Notes under the pieces: generated by a model
The model's input: the letters and a program-made list of their open reading frames with translations, nothing else
What the model was told of the DNA's origin: nothing
Databases searched by the model: none
Made by a program: the position numbers and the translations under genes
Part shown: positions 63,883 to 64,000 of the stretch, in pieces
How the letters are laid out: the number at the start of each line of letters is the position of its first letter
Position numbering within the stretch: position 1 is the stretch's first letter
NCBI GenBank assembly: GCA_963205185.1
Contig: CAUJHZ010000018.1
Coordinates: forward strand, 123,408 to 187,407
Length of the DNA stretch: 64,000 nucleotides
Source of the DNA: Planctomycetota bacterium
GTDB lineage: Bacteria; Planctomycetota; Phycisphaerae; Phycisphaerales; UBA5793
Direction of reading: 5' to 3'

Positions 63883-64000
63883 ATGAGCGTGGTCTCACCC
63901 GCGCCGCCGTTGCGGCTCAAGGAGAGTTATCTCAGCGTCAGTTTCACGATTCGCTCGTGGCTGCTGAGCACTGATCACAAGCGCATCGGCATTCTGTATC
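63883..64000 (+). CDS. coxA: Cytochrome c oxidase subunit I, N-terminal 39 codons (continues beyond the window)
   Basis: MSVVSPAPPLRLKESYLSVSFTIRSWLLSTDHKRIGILY contains the conserved W..T.DHK.IG.LY start of subunit I. Confidence 0.85.
   Translation, partial: MSVVSPAPPLRLKESYLSVSFTIRSWLLSTDHKRIGILY

Noticed and set aside
1-64000. Search by eye for CRISPR arrays, tRNA/rRNA/tmRNA genes, IS elements, integrases and defence or phage genes
   Set aside because: I saw no regularly spaced direct repeats, no tRNA T-loop/acceptor signatures in intergenic gaps, and no transposase, recombinase, nuclease-ATPase or reverse-transcriptase ORFs. A tRNAscan, Infernal or CRISPR finder run would be needed to be definitive.

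Overview
Visibly GC-rich chromosomal segment. The gene content looks Planctomycetota-like: PSCyt/DUF1549/DUF1553 plus DUF1501 pair, prepilin-type DUF1559-like protein, HAF and LVIVD repeat proteins, many signal-peptide proteins. I support 54 protein-coding genes (two truncated at the window edges), including two short CDSs absent from the ORF track: one I consider well supported, one weak. By eye I found no rRNA, tRNA, CRISPR array, transposase, integrase or phage/defence hallmark, so this looks like core chromosome rather than a mobile island. Recognisable blocks are: pckA (3' part); two tandem S8/P-domain peptidase paralogs; polyprenyl synthase; a third S8 peptidase; sucD; dienelactone hydrolase; apaG; an ankyrin/LVIVD/CHRD/HAF block of exported proteins; PIN-TRAM protein; a TetR-DUF1761-SRPBCC operon divergent from a PadR-membrane protein pair; a heme-oxygenase-like gene and an HTH/B12-binding-like regulator divergent from a fasciclin gene; thpR; ettA; a fourth S8 peptidase; a reduced dcw block (rsmH, LysM protein, FtsL-like, ftsI) directly downstream of a four-gene PSCyt/NHL/DUF1553/DUF1501 cluster; a VKOR-like operon; and a tightly coupled Alternative Complex III (actABCDEF)-SCO1-caa3 oxidase cluster. 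The most unusual signal is an alignable ~100-aa module at the extreme C-terminus of eight otherwise unrelated signal-peptide proteins. These include all four peptidases and members of families that elsewhere carry PEP-CTERM or T9SS tags. I interpret it as a candidate uncharacterised sorting or surface-attachment domain. Other points worth a second look are: a 4 x 9-bp operator-like repeat array next to a B12-type regulator whose His ligand is replaced; a ~500-bp ORF-free structured region; and an extra translationally coupled ORF inside the ACIII-cox cluster. The ORF track uses the longest ATG/GTG/TTG start, so many starts below are trimmed to the first start with a Shine-Dalgarno and a sensible N-terminus. 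All promoter, operator and terminator calls are pattern matches made by eye.
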